In this document: piece by piece, positions 29,985 to 41,010 of the stretch
How the letters are laid out: every line of letters begins with the position of its first letter
How positions within the stretch are numbered: position 1 is the stretch's first letter
Origin: Candidatus Limnocylindrales bacterium
Lineage (GTDB): Bacteria; Moduliflexota; Moduliflexia; Moduliflexales; JAUQPW01
Assembly: GCA_035559535.1 (NCBI GenBank)
Contig: DATMBG010000050.1
Span: 1 to 64,000 of the forward strand
Direction of reading: 5' to 3'
Length of the DNA stretch: 64,000 nt
Program-made: the position numbers and the translations under genes
The notes under the pieces: generated by a model
Database searches by the model: none
The model's input: only the letters and a program-made list of their open reading frames with translations
Told to the model about the DNA's origin: nothing

Positions 29985-31379
29985 GTGGATTATCCTCGAC
30001 TTCTCATTGCCGGAACCCATAGTGGAGTTGGCAAAACCACGATCACTGCAGGACTTATGGCTGCTTTGAAACATAAGGGCTATAAAGTCCAGGGGTTCAA
30101 AGCGGGTCCGGATTATATCGATCCGAGCCATCATACCTATGTGACAGGTATACCATCCCGTAACCTGGATACCTGGTTGATGTCTAAGGACGTCATCTTA
30201 GAGCTCTTTGAACGAAGTGCAGCCCGGGCCGATGTTTCGATTATCGAAGGGGTTATGGGTTTATATGATGGATTGGGCGGGGATAGTGAACAGGGAAGTA
30301 GTGCTCATCTGGCTAAGATTTTAAATGCTCCGGTCCTTTTGGTGATTGACGCCAAGGCCCTGGCCAGATCCGCCGCCGCTCTGGTCATGGGCTTTCAGAA
30401 ATTTGATCCTGATATAAAACTCTGTGGCGTTATTGCAAATAATATCGCCGGCCCGGGTCATTTCGAATATGTTCGGACCGCTATAGAGACTTATACTTCT
30501 GTTCCCGTGGTGGGATATGTTCCTCGAGATCCGGCCATATCCATTCAAGAGCGTCATTTGGGTTTAGTCCCCTATGCAGAGGGCAGAGTCGAAACGGAGC
30601 GGTATGATAAATTACGGGATTATGTGCTTGCCCATGTAGACTGTGAGCAAATTTTGCGTTGGATGGAAGGATATCCTCTTCCCTCGTTTCAAAGGACGAT
30701 CTTTACGACAGAAAGGGACAGACAGCAGCCCGTAACCCATAAAACTGGGCTGACAATTGGGATAGCCATGGATGAGGCGTTTAATTTTTATTATGCCGAT
30801 AATCTGGATATCCTGGAATATCTGGGTGCGAGGCTGGTTAGATTCTCTCCTATCCATGACGCCCATCTGCCGAAGGAGGTAGATGTGCTGTATTTTGGGG
30901 GTGGGTTTCCTGAGGTTTTTGCCGAAGCATTGGCCGCCAATAAAACCTTAATCCAGGAGATTCGAGACTTTGTCAATGGCATGAACCCGGTTTATGCTGA
31001 ATGTGGGGGGTTAATGTATTTGGGTGAGAGTATTCAGACCTTTGATGGGGCTGTTTTCGATATGGTTGGGGTTCTGCCCATCCGAACCACCATGATGAAT
31101 AAACGAATGGCCCTGGGCTATACCCGGGCAAAAGTTCTTCGGGATACTTTTCTCTGTCCGAAAGGAGGTGAAATCATCGGCCATGAATTTCACTGGTCCA
31201 CCTTATCTGAAAGTAGAGAAGTAACCTATGCCTATGAAACCTTCAAAAGAATAGGGGGACCTAAAAAGTATGATGGAATTCTGTTCAAAAAGGTTCTGGC
31301 TTCTTACCTTCATGTTCACTTTGCTTCAAATATCGAGATAGCCAGGAGGTTTATCCGGGGGGTGGTAAGTAGGTCTTAA
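29985..31379 (+). CDS. cbiA: Cobyrinate a,c-diamide synthase
   Basis: SGVGKTT, FKAGPDYID, EGVMGLYDG, ERHLGL, AECGGLMYL, GHEFH, SYLHVH. Confidence 0.96.
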   Translation: MDYPRLLIAGTHSGVGKTTITAGLMAALKHKGYKVQGFKAGPDYIDPSHHTYVTGIPSRNLDTWLMSKDVILELFERSAARADVSIIEGVMGLYDGLGGDSEQGSSAHLAKILNAPVLLVIDAKALARSAAALVMGFQKFDPDIKLCGVIANNIAGPGHFEYVRTAIETYTSVPVVGYVPRDPAISIQERHLGLVPYAEGRVETERYDKLRDYVLAHVDCEQILRWMEGYPLPSFQRTIFTTERDRQQPVTHKTGLTIGIAMDEAFNFYYADNLDILEYLGARLVRFSPIHDAHLPKEVDVLYFGGGFPEVFAEALAANKTLIQEIRDFVNGMNPVYAECGGLMYLGESIQTFDGAVFDMVGVLPIRTTMMNKRMALGYTRAKVLRDTFLCPKGGEIIGHEFHWSTLSESREVTYAYETFKRIGGPKKYDGILFKKVLASYLHVHFASNIEIARRFIRGVVSRS

Positions 31380-31422
31380 GGGCTTACTGCCTGCTCCTTC
31401 ATTCTTTCAAAGGAGGCTCTCT

Positions 31423-32652
31423 ATGTACAAAAGATTACTAAGTTTTCTGGTTATCGGTTCGTTGTTCACCGGTTTTTCTTATCAGATCGTTTACGGGGGA
31501 GGGGAGGGGTGTGCTTTTCGGCAAGCAACCGCGCTCCAGGCTTCGGTAGATGTGGTCAAAACCCGGGTTTATATTACCAATCGGGCTTCAAACGATATAG
31601 CGGTTATCGATACGCGCACAGATAGGGTTATCGCCCGGATTCCCGTTGGGACCACCCCCCATCAGGTTGCATTCTCCCTGGATGGTAAAAAGGGTTATGC
31701 GACCAATACCGGAGATAATACCTTGACCGTCTTCGATCCGGTTAATTACCACGTCCTCTCGACCCTGGCCCTGGGAGAGGGTCCTGAACACATGGAGGTT
31801 TCACCAGATAACCGGTATCTATTTGTGGGGAATTTTGATGGAGGAACCGTTTCCGTTGTAGATATTGCCACCGATAAAGAAATAGTTCGTCTGGCAGGTT
31901 TCTTAAAACCTCACAATATTAGCTTTACTCCGGATGGTCAAAAGACCTTCGTGGCCAATTTAGGGGCTCACACCATCAGTGTTATTGATAATAAAGAAAT
32001 GAAAGTTGTGGCCCAACCTTCCGTAGGGAGTCCCACTCTCCTGGCTGCTTTATCCTCCCCTTCAACCCTGTCCCCGACAGGTATGCCGGAAATAAAAGGA
32101 CCGGTTAACGTAACACTGACTCCAGACGGTAAATATGGTTATGTAGCCCATGGAGATACAGGTGAAGTAGCCATTCTGGATACCCACACCCAAAAACCGA
32201 TTAAATATGTGAAGGTAGGGAAGGAGCCTTGGAGGGCTTATGCAACAGTAGATGGAACCAAAATGCTGATACCGAATAACGGAGATGAAACGGTCTCCAT
32301 CTTGAATACGGCAACCCAGGAAGTTATAGCCACCTTACCCGGGGGTAAGGATATGACCGGGGTGAATCCGGCCTATGGTGACAGGGTTGCTTATGTTATC
32401 TCCAGGGGAGAAAACAAGCTGATTGTACTGGATCTGATTAATTTAAAGAAGATCGATGAAATTCCCGTTGGGGAGAGCCCGGAAACTGCCGTAACCACTC
32501 CAGATGGAAAACGTCTGTATGTCGCCGTTCGCGGAACGAACAGTGTCGTGGTCATCGACACCGAAACCCATAAGGTTCTTACCGAAATCAAAGAGGTGGG
32601 GAAAGAACCTTGGGGCGCCATGATGTTGGGGGGCTATAATTACTGTCATTAA
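31423..32652 (+). CDS. Secreted YVTN/YncE-type beta-propeller protein
   Basis: Signal-peptide-like N-terminus, repeated YITN/YATN/FVAN...VID blades, C-terminal GGYNYCH; AAGGAGG RBS. Confidence 0.85.
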   Translation: MYKRLLSFLVIGSLFTGFSYQIVYGGGEGCAFRQATALQASVDVVKTRVYITNRASNDIAVIDTRTDRVIARIPVGTTPHQVAFSLDGKKGYATNTGDNTLTVFDPVNYHVLSTLALGEGPEHMEVSPDNRYLFVGNFDGGTVSVVDIATDKEIVRLAGFLKPHNISFTPDGQKTFVANLGAHTISVIDNKEMKVVAQPSVGSPTLLAALSSPSTLSPTGMPEIKGPVNVTLTPDGKYGYVAHGDTGEVAILDTHTQKPIKYVKVGKEPWRAYATVDGTKMLIPNNGDETVSILNTATQEVIATLPGGKDMTGVNPAYGDRVAYVISRGENKLIVLDLINLKKIDEIPVGESPETAVTTPDGKRLYVAVRGTNSVVVIDTETHKVLTEIKEVGKEPWGAMMLGGYNYCH

Positions 32653-32736
32653 TCTTTAATCCGTTGTTGGTTATACCTTCTGGATCCACAAGTACGGGGT
32701 GCGAAGAAAGATCACCCGTACTTGTAGAAGCTATCC

Positions 32737-33285
32737 TTGAAGGAAAAAACCATAGAGGCAACAAAATTGCGTAAAGGTCTTGTTATTGTCAATACAGGCA
32801 ATGGAAAAGGAAAGACAACGGCGGCCCTTGGGGTTTTGCTTCGTGCCTGGGGAAATGGAATGCGTGTAGTGATGCTTCAATTCATCAAGCATACCACGGC
32901 CAGATGGGGTGAAATTAAAGCCGCTGAAAAGATGGGGATCGAAATGATCCCCTTGGGAAGCGGATTTACCTGGAAATCCAAAGATCTTGAAAAGGATAAA
33001 GCCCTGGCCCGCCAGGGCTGGGAGATCTGCAAGGAGAAAATCCAATCAGGTCACTATGATCTGGTTATCCTGGATGAGTTAACCTACACCCTTAAGTATG
33101 GATGGCTTCCCCTGGATGAAGTCCTCCAGGTTCTAAAAAATAGGCCGGAAGGACTTCATATTATTATTACCGGACGGGATGCTCCCCAGGAACTGATAGA
33201 CTTTGCAGACCTTGTTACCGAGATGAGGAAGGTTAAACATCCCTACGATCAAGGAATCCGGGCACAACTGGGAATAGAATATTAG
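32737..33285 (+). CDS. cobO: Cob(I)yrinic acid a,c-diamide adenosyltransferase (CobO/BtuR)
   Basis: [39 protein letters not shown]. Confidence 0.95.
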   Translation: MKEKTIEATKLRKGLVIVNTGNGKGKTTAALGVLLRAWGNGMRVVMLQFIKHTTARWGEIKAAEKMGIEMIPLGSGFTWKSKDLEKDKALARQGWEICKEKIQSGHYDLVILDELTYTLKYGWLPLDEVLQVLKNRPEGLHIIITGRDAPQELIDFADLVTEMRKVKHPYDQGIRAQLGIEY

Positions 33286-33324
33286 TGCTGAGTGCTGAGT
33301 CTTAACTTGGCCCTCAGAACTCAA
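33284..33324. repeat. 7-bp repeat family (AGTGCTG-like / CTCAGNA) hairpin; relatives at 37221-37263, 39319-39337, 42089-42150 and 19251-19320
   Basis: agtgctg agtgctg agt...ctcagaactcaag; agtcctg aatcctg agt...actcagg actcaga act; agtgttg agttctg...actccgc actccgc actcagg act. Confidence 0.65.
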
Positions 33325-33339
33325 GATTTTTTAGGACCC

Positions 33340-36300
33340 ATGATTATCTACCTGACCCATGCAGATACTGATCTTCTGACGCTTAGCCATGTTGTTCGTC
33401 AATTACCCGATGGCTTCCCACGTATTCAGGCTTTAAACCCTAAAGAGCTTAAAACTACGGAGGCGGTGGATCGATATCTCTCTATCCATTTCCCTCAGGC
33501 CCAATTGGTGATCCTCCGGCTATTAGGTGGTAAGCGCAGTTTTGAGGAGGGATTCGAGAAAATCGTCCGGGTTTGTAAAGAAAACAACATTCCTTTAATT
33601 GCCTGCTCGGGGGATCAACAACTCGATCCGGAGTTGACAGCCTTCTCTACAGTTCCCAAAAATCTCGTCTATCAAACCTTTCAATACTTGCTTCAGGGAG
33701 GAGTGGATAATTTAAAAAACTGGCTTCTTTTCCTCAGTGACGAAATTCTACATACCACCTACGGGTATCAAAATCCCCAATTTGTCCCCTGGGATGGGCT
33801 TTATTATCCGCAAAAAGATGACAGGGGGGAGGGGAAAGGTAAAGGAAGGGATTCTCTTGCCCCCTTTGCTCCCTCGTTTTTCGAGGATATAGAATCTTTT
33901 CGTCTCAAATACCATCAACCGGGCCGCCCCACCGTTGGAATTTTGTTCTATCGAGTTCATTGGATGAGTCGCAATCTGGATTTTATAGATGCCCTTATTC
34001 ATCGCCTGGAACCCGAAGCTAATGTCCTTCCTGTTTTCTGTTATAGTCTTAAAGATGAAGACGCAGATGGAATTCCCAAGATCTTTCACCGGTATCTTCT
34101 AGACGAAAAAGGTCAGAGCCGGGTGGATTGTCTTATCAGTACTTTAAGTTTTTCCACCCTCAGCCATCCTTTACAGCAGACCGTAGACCAGGGGCCCTGG
34201 ACCCGGCTTAATGTTCCCATCCTTCAGGCCATTGTCTGTACAACTTCCTTTAAAGAATGGTCTGAAAGTGCCATGGGTCTCAGTCCTCTGGATGTGGCCA
34301 TGAACGTAGCCCTACCGGAATTTGATGGACGGATTATTTCGGTTCCCATTTCTTTTAAAGAAGAGACTGTTCAAGATGAGGTCTTAGGCACCCGCCTTTT
34401 GAAGTATGTTCATCGTCCGGATCGGGTTGATTATCTTGCCAGGCTTGCCTTGAATTGGGCCAGGCTGCGCCATAAACCCAATTCAGAGAAACGTGTGGCC
34501 ATCCTACTCACCAACTATCCTTCTAAAAATGCCCGTATTGGGAATGCCGTTGGACTGGATACACCGGCATCGGTTGTTAGCTTACTTCGTAAAATGAAAG
34601 AGGAAGGGTATAAAATCGGAGAGATCCCCCCCGATGGGGATACCCTCATCCATCAGATTATTGCACGGTGTAGCAACGACAGGGAGTTTCTTACAGAAGA
34701 ACAGATGAGGAATGCCGTGGGTCACCTGGAAGAAACAAAGTACCGGAAGATCTATGAAGGCCTTCCGGTTAAAGTTCAAGAGGAGCTTCGCAGAAACTGG
34801 GGAGAGCCTCCCGGGGAAGTATTTTACTATAACCACAATCTGGTTATTCCGGGGATTCAATTGGAAAATATTTTTATAGGTCTTCAACCTCCCCGGGGAT
34901 ATGGAGATAATCCCCTGGCGATCTATCACAGTCCGGATCTGGTTCCTACCCATCACTATCTGGCTTATTATCGATGGCTTCGGGATGTTTTTCAGGCCGA
35001 TGCCATCCTTCATGTGGGTAAACATGGAACTTTAGAATGGTTACCGGGAAAGGGAATCGGACTATCGGAATCTTGTTATCCAGAGGTGGTGCTTTCAGAT
35101 CTCCCGAATTTTTATCCCTATATTATCAATAATCCTGGGGAAGGAACCCAGGCTAAACGACGTAGCCATGCTACGATTATCGATCATCTCATCCCTGCCA
35201 TGACCCATGCCGATGCGTATGGGGATATAGCCCGGCTGGAGCAACTCCTGGACGAGTACTATCGAACCCAGGCTTTAGATCCCAAAAAACTACCGATTCT
35301 CCAGCAACAGATCTGGCAGGTGGTTCTGGATGCAAAGCTACATCGGGATCTAAATACCGAAGAGCGACCTGAGGATTTTGATCAATTCTTAAAAGATGTA
35401 GACGGATATATTTGTGAATTGAAAGACGCGCAAATCCGAAGTGGTCTCCATATTTTAGGGCAGCTTCCCCAGGGAGAGGAACTTATAGGGCTTTTACTTG
35501 CCATGACCCGTCTGGATAATGCCAACATTCCAAGCCTCCGACGGGTTATCGCTGAAGCCTTATTACCCATTGCTGCAGATGATTCAGGGGGAACAGCGGT
35601 TGGTGGTCGGCGACCAATGGACTATGCAGGGCTTCTGGAGCATCGTGGAGAGCCTTTTACCCTACCGATACCGGAGAAGCTGGTTACTCTTAATCCTTTG
35701 GCGCCAATTCGAACCTGTGGAGACATTCTGGAGCGCCTGGATGCGGTAGCTTCCCTTCTTCTTCAACAACTTCAAGCCCGGCACTTCAGTCCTGAGGCGG
35801 TGGAGGAAGTAGTCAAAGAATTTTTTGGAAGGTCAGAGTCGAAGATTTGTCAGGTTTTGAATTATGTCACCGGATTTATTTATCCCAATCTGGAACGGGT
35901 CACCGATGAAATTACCCATATTCTTCGAGGGCTTCGAGGAGAGTACGTTCCAGCAGGTCCCAGTGGTTCCCCAACCCGCGGTATGGCCAGCGTCCTACCG
36001 ACGGGACGAAATTTTTATTCCCTTGATCCCAGGACTATTCCTTCTCCGGCGGCCTGGGAAGTAGGAAAGCAGGTTGCCGAAGCCCTCCTGGCCAAATATC
36101 TGGCCGAAGAGGGAAAATATCCCGAGACGGTTGGATTGGTTGTTTGGGGTACTTCGGCGATGCGAACCCATGGAGATGACATCGCAGAAATCCTCTACTT
36201 ACTTGGGGTTCGCCCGGTCTGGCAACCTGAAAGTCGAAGGGTAAGCCGCCTGGAAGTTATCCCCCTAGAGGAACTCAAGCGTCCCAGAATCGATGTAACC

Positions 36301-37239
36301 ATTCGGATTAGTGGCTTTTTCCGGGATGCATTTCCTAACTTGATCCACCTGCTGGATGAAGCCATCGAAATCGTAGCCGGCCTCGATGAATCCCCAGAGG
36401 TTAATTATGTGATCAAACATGTTCAGGAAGATTTAGCCCGCCCCTCACACTCCCATACCCCCACACTTCCACACTCCCCTTTTCTTCGCCAGCAGGCTCT
36501 ATATCGGATCTTTGGAAGTAAGCCGGGGAGTTATGGGGCCGGGATCCTTCCGGCTCTGGAAGAGCGCAATTGGAAGACCGATCAAGATCTTGCGGATATT
36601 TATATAGCCTGGGGGAGCTATGCCTATACCCGAACTCAAGATGGAGTGGCCGCTCCAGAAGCCTTTAAAATTCGTTTTCGACAGATTACCATAGCTGCCA
36701 AAAATCAGGATAATCGAGAGCATGATATCTTTGATAGCGATGATTATATGCAGTATCATGGGGGGATGATTGCCACGGTTCGGGCTTTGACGGGTAAAAA
36801 TCCCCGGCAGTTTTTCGGAGACACTTCAGATCCTCAGCGGATTAAAGTCCGGGATCTCAAAGAAGAAGCCCTTCGGGTCTTTCGGACCCGGGTTATTAAT
36901 CCAAAATGGATCGCGTCCATTCAACGCCATGGATATAAGGGAGCTTCTGAGCTGGCTGCAACGGTTGATTATTTATTCGGTTATGATGCAACGGCTGAGA
37001 TTCTGGAGGACTGGATGTATGAGCGTCTGGCCGAGACCTATATCTTGGATGAGTCCATGCAACAATTCTTTCAAGAGAAAAATCCCTGGGCCCTCCGGGA
37101 TATGACAGGTAGACTCTTAGAAGCCATCGAAAGAGGACTTTGGGAAAAGCCTAAGGATATAATGATTTCACAACTTCGGCAGGTTTATTTGAAATTTGAA
37201 GGGGAGATAGAACAGAGAACAGTCCTGAATCCTGAGTAA
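33340..37239 (+). CDS. cobN: Cobaltochelatase subunit CobN
   Basis: THADTDLL, ALPEFDGRI, HVGKHGTLEWLPGK, GLHILG, LPTGRNFYS, ISGFFRDAFP, DNREHDIFDSDDY; start placed at ATG 33340. Confidence 0.95.
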   Translation: MIIYLTHADTDLLTLSHVVRQLPDGFPRIQALNPKELKTTEAVDRYLSIHFPQAQLVILRLLGGKRSFEEGFEKIVRVCKENNIPLIACSGDQQLDPELTAFSTVPKNLVYQTFQYLLQGGVDNLKNWLLFLSDEILHTTYGYQNPQFVPWDGLYYPQKDDRGEGKGKGRDSLAPFAPSFFEDIESFRLKYHQPGRPTVGILFYRVHWMSRNLDFIDALIHRLEPEANVLPVFCYSLKDEDADGIPKIFHRYLLDEKGQSRVDCLISTLSFSTLSHPLQQTVDQGPWTRLNVPILQAIVCTTSFKEWSESAMGLSPLDVAMNVALPEFDGRIISVPISFKEETVQDEVLGTRLLKYVHRPDRVDYLARLALNWARLRHKPNSEKRVAILLTNYPSKNARIGNAVGLDTPASVVSLLRKMKEEGYKIGEIPPDGDTLIHQIIARCSNDREFLTEEQMRNAVGHLEETKYRKIYEGLPVKVQEELRRNWGEPPGEVFYYNHNLVIPGIQLENIFIGLQPPRGYGDNPLAIYHSPDLVPTHHYLAYYRWLRDVFQADAILHVGKHGTLEWLPGKGIGLSESCYPEVVLSDLPNFYPYIINNPGEGTQAKRRSHATIIDHLIPAMTHADAYGDIARLEQLLDEYYRTQALDPKKLPILQQQIWQVVLDAKLHRDLNTEERPEDFDQFLKDVDGYICELKDAQIRSGLHILGQLPQGEELIGLLLAMTRLDNANIPSLRRVIAEALLPIAADDSGGTAVGGRRPMDYAGLLEHRGEPFTLPIPEKLVTLNPLAPIRTCGDILERLDAVASLLLQQLQARHFSPEAVEEVVKEFFGRSESKICQVLNYVTGFIYPNLERVTDEITHILRGLRGEYVPAGPSGSPTRGMASVLPTGRNFYSLDPRTIPSPAAWEVGKQVAEALLAKYLAEEGKYPETVGLVVWGTSAMRTHGDDIAEILYLLGVRPVWQPESRRVSRLEVIPLEELKRPRIDVTIRISGFFRDAFPNLIHLLDEAIEIVAGLDESPEVNYVIKHVQEDLARPSHSHTPTLPHSPFLRQQALYRIFGSKPGSYGAGILPALEERNWKTDQDLADIYIAWGSYAYTRTQDGVAAPEAFKIRFRQITIAAKNQDNREHDIFDSDDYMQYHGGMIATVRALTGKNPRQFFGDTSDPQRIKVRDLKEEALRVFRTRVINPKWIASIQRHGYKGASELAATVDYLFGYDATAEILEDWMYERLAETYILDESMQQFFQEKNPWALRDMTGRLLEAIERGLWEKPKDIMISQLRQVYLKFEGEIEQRTVLNPE

Positions 37240-37272
37240 AAACAGAGACTCAGGACTCAGAACTATCAGTGG

Positions 37273-39327
37273 ATGAACAGACCGATTTTTCCTTTTACCG
37301 CACTGGTCGGTCAAGACCGGATGAAGCGGGCCTTGCTGTTGAATGCCATTAATCCGCAAATTGGAGGGGTTTTAATTCGCGGTGAGAAAGGTACTGCAAA
37401 ATCAACCGCCGTAAGGGCTTTGGTTAATCTACTACCGGAGATTACCGTTGTCGCCGATTGTCCTTATTCCTGTGATCCAGATCGTCCCGATCGTTTTTGT
37501 CTGGACTGTGCAGAACGGATGGCTAAAGGAGAGGTTTTACCTCGAACTCGTCGTCCTGTACGGATAGTAGAATTACCCGTTGGAGCTACCGAAGATCGTT
37601 TGATAGGGATGTTAGATCTGGAAAAAGCGATCCAGGAAGGACAACGACATTTTGAACCGGGATTACTTGCAGCGGCTAACCGGGGAATTCTTTATATCGA
37701 TGAGGTCAATTTGCTCAGTGATCATTTGGTAGACGTCTTGTTGGACGCCGCAGCCATGGGAACTAATTTTGTGGAACGGGAAGGAATTTCCTTTGCACAT
37801 CCAGCACATTTCCTTTTAGTAGGGACCATGAATCCTGAAGAAGGAGAGTTACGCCCTCAGCTCCTGGACCGATTCGCATTGGCTGTGGAGGTAGAAGGTC
37901 TTCAAGATCCATCCCAAAGGATGGAAGTGGTCAAACGGCGAATAGCTTTTGAAACCGACCCTGTTGAATTTGGAAAACAATGGGCTTCATCGGAAGAGCA
38001 GGAACGTATCCGCCTGCAAAAAGCCCGGCAATTACTTCCTCAGGTCCGCTTAAGTGAAGCAAATCTAAGTTTGCTTACCCGGATCTGTATTGAATATAAA
38101 GTAGATGGATTAAGGGCCGATATTGTACTGTACAAAACGGCCTGTACCCTGGCGGCTTATAGGGGTCGTACAGAGGTCATTGAAGAAGATATTCAGGAGG
38201 CGGCAGAATTGGTCTTACTCCATAGACAACGGCGTCAACCTTTTCAACAGTCCCAATTTAATCGGGATCAGCTTTTATCCGCCGTCCGTAATCCGCTGTC
38301 TGGAGTTAGCCATTCATCATCCTCTGTAATAGCTCAAGAACCCCAGATGGCCGATCCTCCACAGACAACAACTGACAGGCAACCAACGACGAATCATGTG
38401 GAGGAGAAAATATTTGAGATTGGTACACCCTTCCCGATTAAACCTTTTTCCACTGAGGTGAAAGATAAAATTCCACGGAGTGGATATGGACGACGGAGCA
38501 CAACCTATGGAAGCTCAGGAACAGGACATTACATCGGTTCAGCTATACCTAAGGAGCGAATCCAGGATCTGGCCCTGGATGCGACCCTTCGAGCGGCTGC
38601 TCCCTATCAGAAAAGACGCAGGGATCTGGAAGTGTGGAAGCACGGACAGATAGACACAGAAAAGAATTCTCCGCATCTCGGCGTCTCGGTGTCTCCACGT
38701 CCCAAATGGCTCATTCATTCCATGGATTTTCGGGAGAAGGTCCGGGAAACCCGAATAGGAAATTTGATTCTGTTTGTGGTAGATGCCAGTGGTTCCATGG
38801 GATCCCATCGCCGAATGGTGGCTACCAAAGGAGCTATCCTGTCTCTATTGTTGGATGCTTATCAGCGAAGGGACCGGGTAGGTTTGATTACATTCCGGGG
38901 AGATACAGCTTCCTTAGTCCTTCCTCCGACTCACAGTGTGGAGCTGGCAGAACAGTACTTACGTCAGTTGCCTACAGGGGGAAGAACTCCATTAGCTCAA
39001 GGGCTTTACCGGGCTTTTATAACATTTCAACAGCAGAAAATGCGGGATAAACAGCTAGTTCCCTTATTGGTCCTTATTTCAGATGGACGCGCCAACGTCT
39101 CATTATACGGAGGAGATCCCTTAGCCGAAGCTAAAATTCTTGCAAAGCAAATCCGAAAGCAGGGTATCCGATCTTTGATTATCGATACGGAACAAGGTTA
39201 TATCCGTTTAAGTATTCTACGGGAAATTGCGACAGCTTTAGGCGGTCAGTATCTCCATCTGGAGGATCTGGTTGCTAACCGTCTGGTAAAGGCCGTTCGA
39301 GGGACCCTAAACCCTACTAAGTACTGA
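37273..39327 (+). CDS. ChlI/ChlD-like AAA+ and vWA chelatase subunit (probable CobN partner)
   Basis: [44 protein letters not shown], vWA DASGSM, GGRTPL, SDGRAN. Confidence 0.92.
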   Translation: MNRPIFPFTALVGQDRMKRALLLNAINPQIGGVLIRGEKGTAKSTAVRALVNLLPEITVVADCPYSCDPDRPDRFCLDCAERMAKGEVLPRTRRPVRIVELPVGATEDRLIGMLDLEKAIQEGQRHFEPGLLAAANRGILYIDEVNLLSDHLVDVLLDAAAMGTNFVEREGISFAHPAHFLLVGTMNPEEGELRPQLLDRFALAVEVEGLQDPSQRMEVVKRRIAFETDPVEFGKQWASSEEQERIRLQKARQLLPQVRLSEANLSLLTRICIEYKVDGLRADIVLYKTACTLAAYRGRTEVIEEDIQEAAELVLLHRQRRQPFQQSQFNRDQLLSAVRNPLSGVSHSSSSVIAQEPQMADPPQTTTDRQPTTNHVEEKIFEIGTPFPIKPFSTEVKDKIPRSGYGRRSTTYGSSGTGHYIGSAIPKERIQDLALDATLRAAAPYQKRRRDLEVWKHGQIDTEKNSPHLGVSVSPRPKWLIHSMDFREKVRETRIGNLILFVVDASGSMGSHRRMVATKGAILSLLLDAYQRRDRVGLITFRGDTASLVLPPTHSVELAEQYLRQLPTGGRTPLAQGLYRAFITFQQQKMRDKQLVPLLVLISDGRANVSLYGGDPLAEAKILAKQIRKQGIRSLIIDTEQGYIRLSILREIATALGGQYLHLEDLVANRLVKAVRGTLNPTKY

Positions 39328-39343
39328 ATGCTGAGTAGGGCTT

Positions 39344-40321
39344 ATGGCCCGGAGATCCATGAAAGATATCATCTTGCTCGTTGGACATGGCAGTCGTGAT
39401 GATGAAGGAGCCGATGAGTTTAGGGAGTTTGCCGCAAAGGTTCAGGCAGTTATAAGGGATCAAAAACCTGATTTTCTGGAGGCGATCCATTTCCATTCTG
39501 GAGAACAAGTCGTCAAACCTTGCTTTCTGGAACTGGCCGATCCTCCTATCCTCGATACCATCGATCACTGCGTGGCCGAAGGTGTCAGAAGAATCCTTAT
39601 AATGCCGTTGTTTCTGGTTCCGGCAGGTCATATGAAAACCGATGTTCCCAGCTCGATTAATCTATCGCGAGTTCGTTATCCCCAGGTGGAATTTATTTAC
39701 GGACCGCATCTGGGTATCGATCCAAGAATTCTTTCGATTTTAGATGAACGGTTAGATGAAGTAGAAGCTTCAGTACCTCCCAGGAGTCGAAAAGAAACTG
39801 CCGTATTATTGGTAGGGAGAGGTAGTCGGGATCCTGATGCCAATGGAGATGTTTACAAAGTAGCCCGCTTATTGTGGGAAGGTCGCGGTTTTGGTTGGGT
39901 AGAAACCTGTTTTGTAGGCATTACCTCTCCCCGGGTTCCGGAAGGTATACAGCGGTGTGTTCGTTTGGGAGCCCGTCGTATCATTGTACTTCCTTATTTT
40001 CTCTTTACGGGGATACTGGTCCAGCGTATTTACCGGCAGGCCGAAGCGGAAAGGAAGCGATTTCCGGCGGTGGAGATCCTGTGGGGAAAGCATTTGGGTG
40101 GGCACCCCAACATTCTGGAAGTTCTCCTTCAAAGGATCCAGGAAGCTTTAAACGGGGAAGTGCGGATGAATTGTGACCTTTGCAAATACCGCGTACGCTG
40201 GCCCGGCTTTGAAGAAGATTATGGTCTACCTCAGATCTCTGATCTGGCCCATGGTTTACGGACAGGCCCTGGAGACCATGGACATACCCATCATCACCCC
40301 CACCATTCCCATGATTCTTGA
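39344..40321 (+). CDS. cbiX: Sirohydrochlorin cobaltochelatase, long form
   Basis: VGHGSR, CFLELA, AGHMKTDVP, second domain VGRGSRD, MNCDLC motif and His-rich tail. Confidence 0.93.
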   Translation: MARRSMKDIILLVGHGSRDDEGADEFREFAAKVQAVIRDQKPDFLEAIHFHSGEQVVKPCFLELADPPILDTIDHCVAEGVRRILIMPLFLVPAGHMKTDVPSSINLSRVRYPQVEFIYGPHLGIDPRILSILDERLDEVEASVPPRSRKETAVLLVGRGSRDPDANGDVYKVARLLWEGRGFGWVETCFVGITSPRVPEGIQRCVRLGARRIIVLPYFLFTGILVQRIYRQAEAERKRFPAVEILWGKHLGGHPNILEVLLQRIQEALNGEVRMNCDLCKYRVRWPGFEEDYGLPQISDLAHGLRTGPGDHGHTHHHPHHSHDS

Positions 40322-40952
40322 TCCAAAGGAAATTACGGCCCAGAGTTTTAAAATTATAGAAGAGAAATTAAAGGGGAGAGATTTTTCTTCCGCAACCTGG
40401 CCCATTATCCGTCAGGTTATTCATGCTACGGCCGACTTCGAATTTGCGGATAGTCTCCAGTTCCATCCCCAGGCCATAGATGCCGGAATAACTACCATCC
40501 GGGCCGGGCAAGATATTGTGGTGGATGTCCGGATGGTCGAAGTTGGGATCAATCAAATCCTTTTTCAAACTTTGGGTGGAAAAGTCCGTTGCTTTATTAC
40601 CGACCCTGAGGTTCAAAAAATGGCCGAATCAGAAGGGATTACCCGATCTATGATGGCCATACGCAAGGCGGCTACGTGGATCAACTCGGGAGGAATTTTT
40701 GTCATCGGTACTGCACCGACCGCTTTGTGGGAATTAATCGCTTTAGTTCAGCAGGGAAAAGTGTATCCCAGGTTGATTATCGGGGTACCCGTCGGTTTTG
40801 TTTCAACGGTGGAATCTAAGGAAGCTCTGAAGAAGTTAACTTCCATTCCATGGATTACTACGTCCGGGTTCAAAGGGGGTAGTTCCGTTGCGGTAGCCAT
40901 TGTCAATGCGCTTCTTAAACTGGCCGTAGAAGGAGAAAGAACGAAAAAGTGA
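40311..40952 (+). CDS. cbiC: Cobalt-precorrin-8 methylmutase
   Basis: SFKII, IHATADF, IGTAPTAL, IGVPVGFV, KGGSSVAVAIVNAL; start placed at ATG 40311. Confidence 0.93.
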   Translation: MILDPKEITAQSFKIIEEKLKGRDFSSATWPIIRQVIHATADFEFADSLQFHPQAIDAGITTIRAGQDIVVDVRMVEVGINQILFQTLGGKVRCFITDPEVQKMAESEGITRSMMAIRKAATWINSGGIFVIGTAPTALWELIALVQQGKVYPRLIIGVPVGFVSTVESKEALKKLTSIPWITTSGFKGGSSVAVAIVNALLKLAVEGERTKK

Positions 40953-41010
40953 AGGGGAAGAAGGAGAGGAAAGAGGGATAAAACGCTTCCTCTTTTCTTT
41001 TTCCAGGAGT

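Noticed and set aside
37273-39327. Mg-chelatase indicating photosynthesis
   Set aside because: It directly follows cobN in a B12 operon, and no bch/chl genes are in the window.
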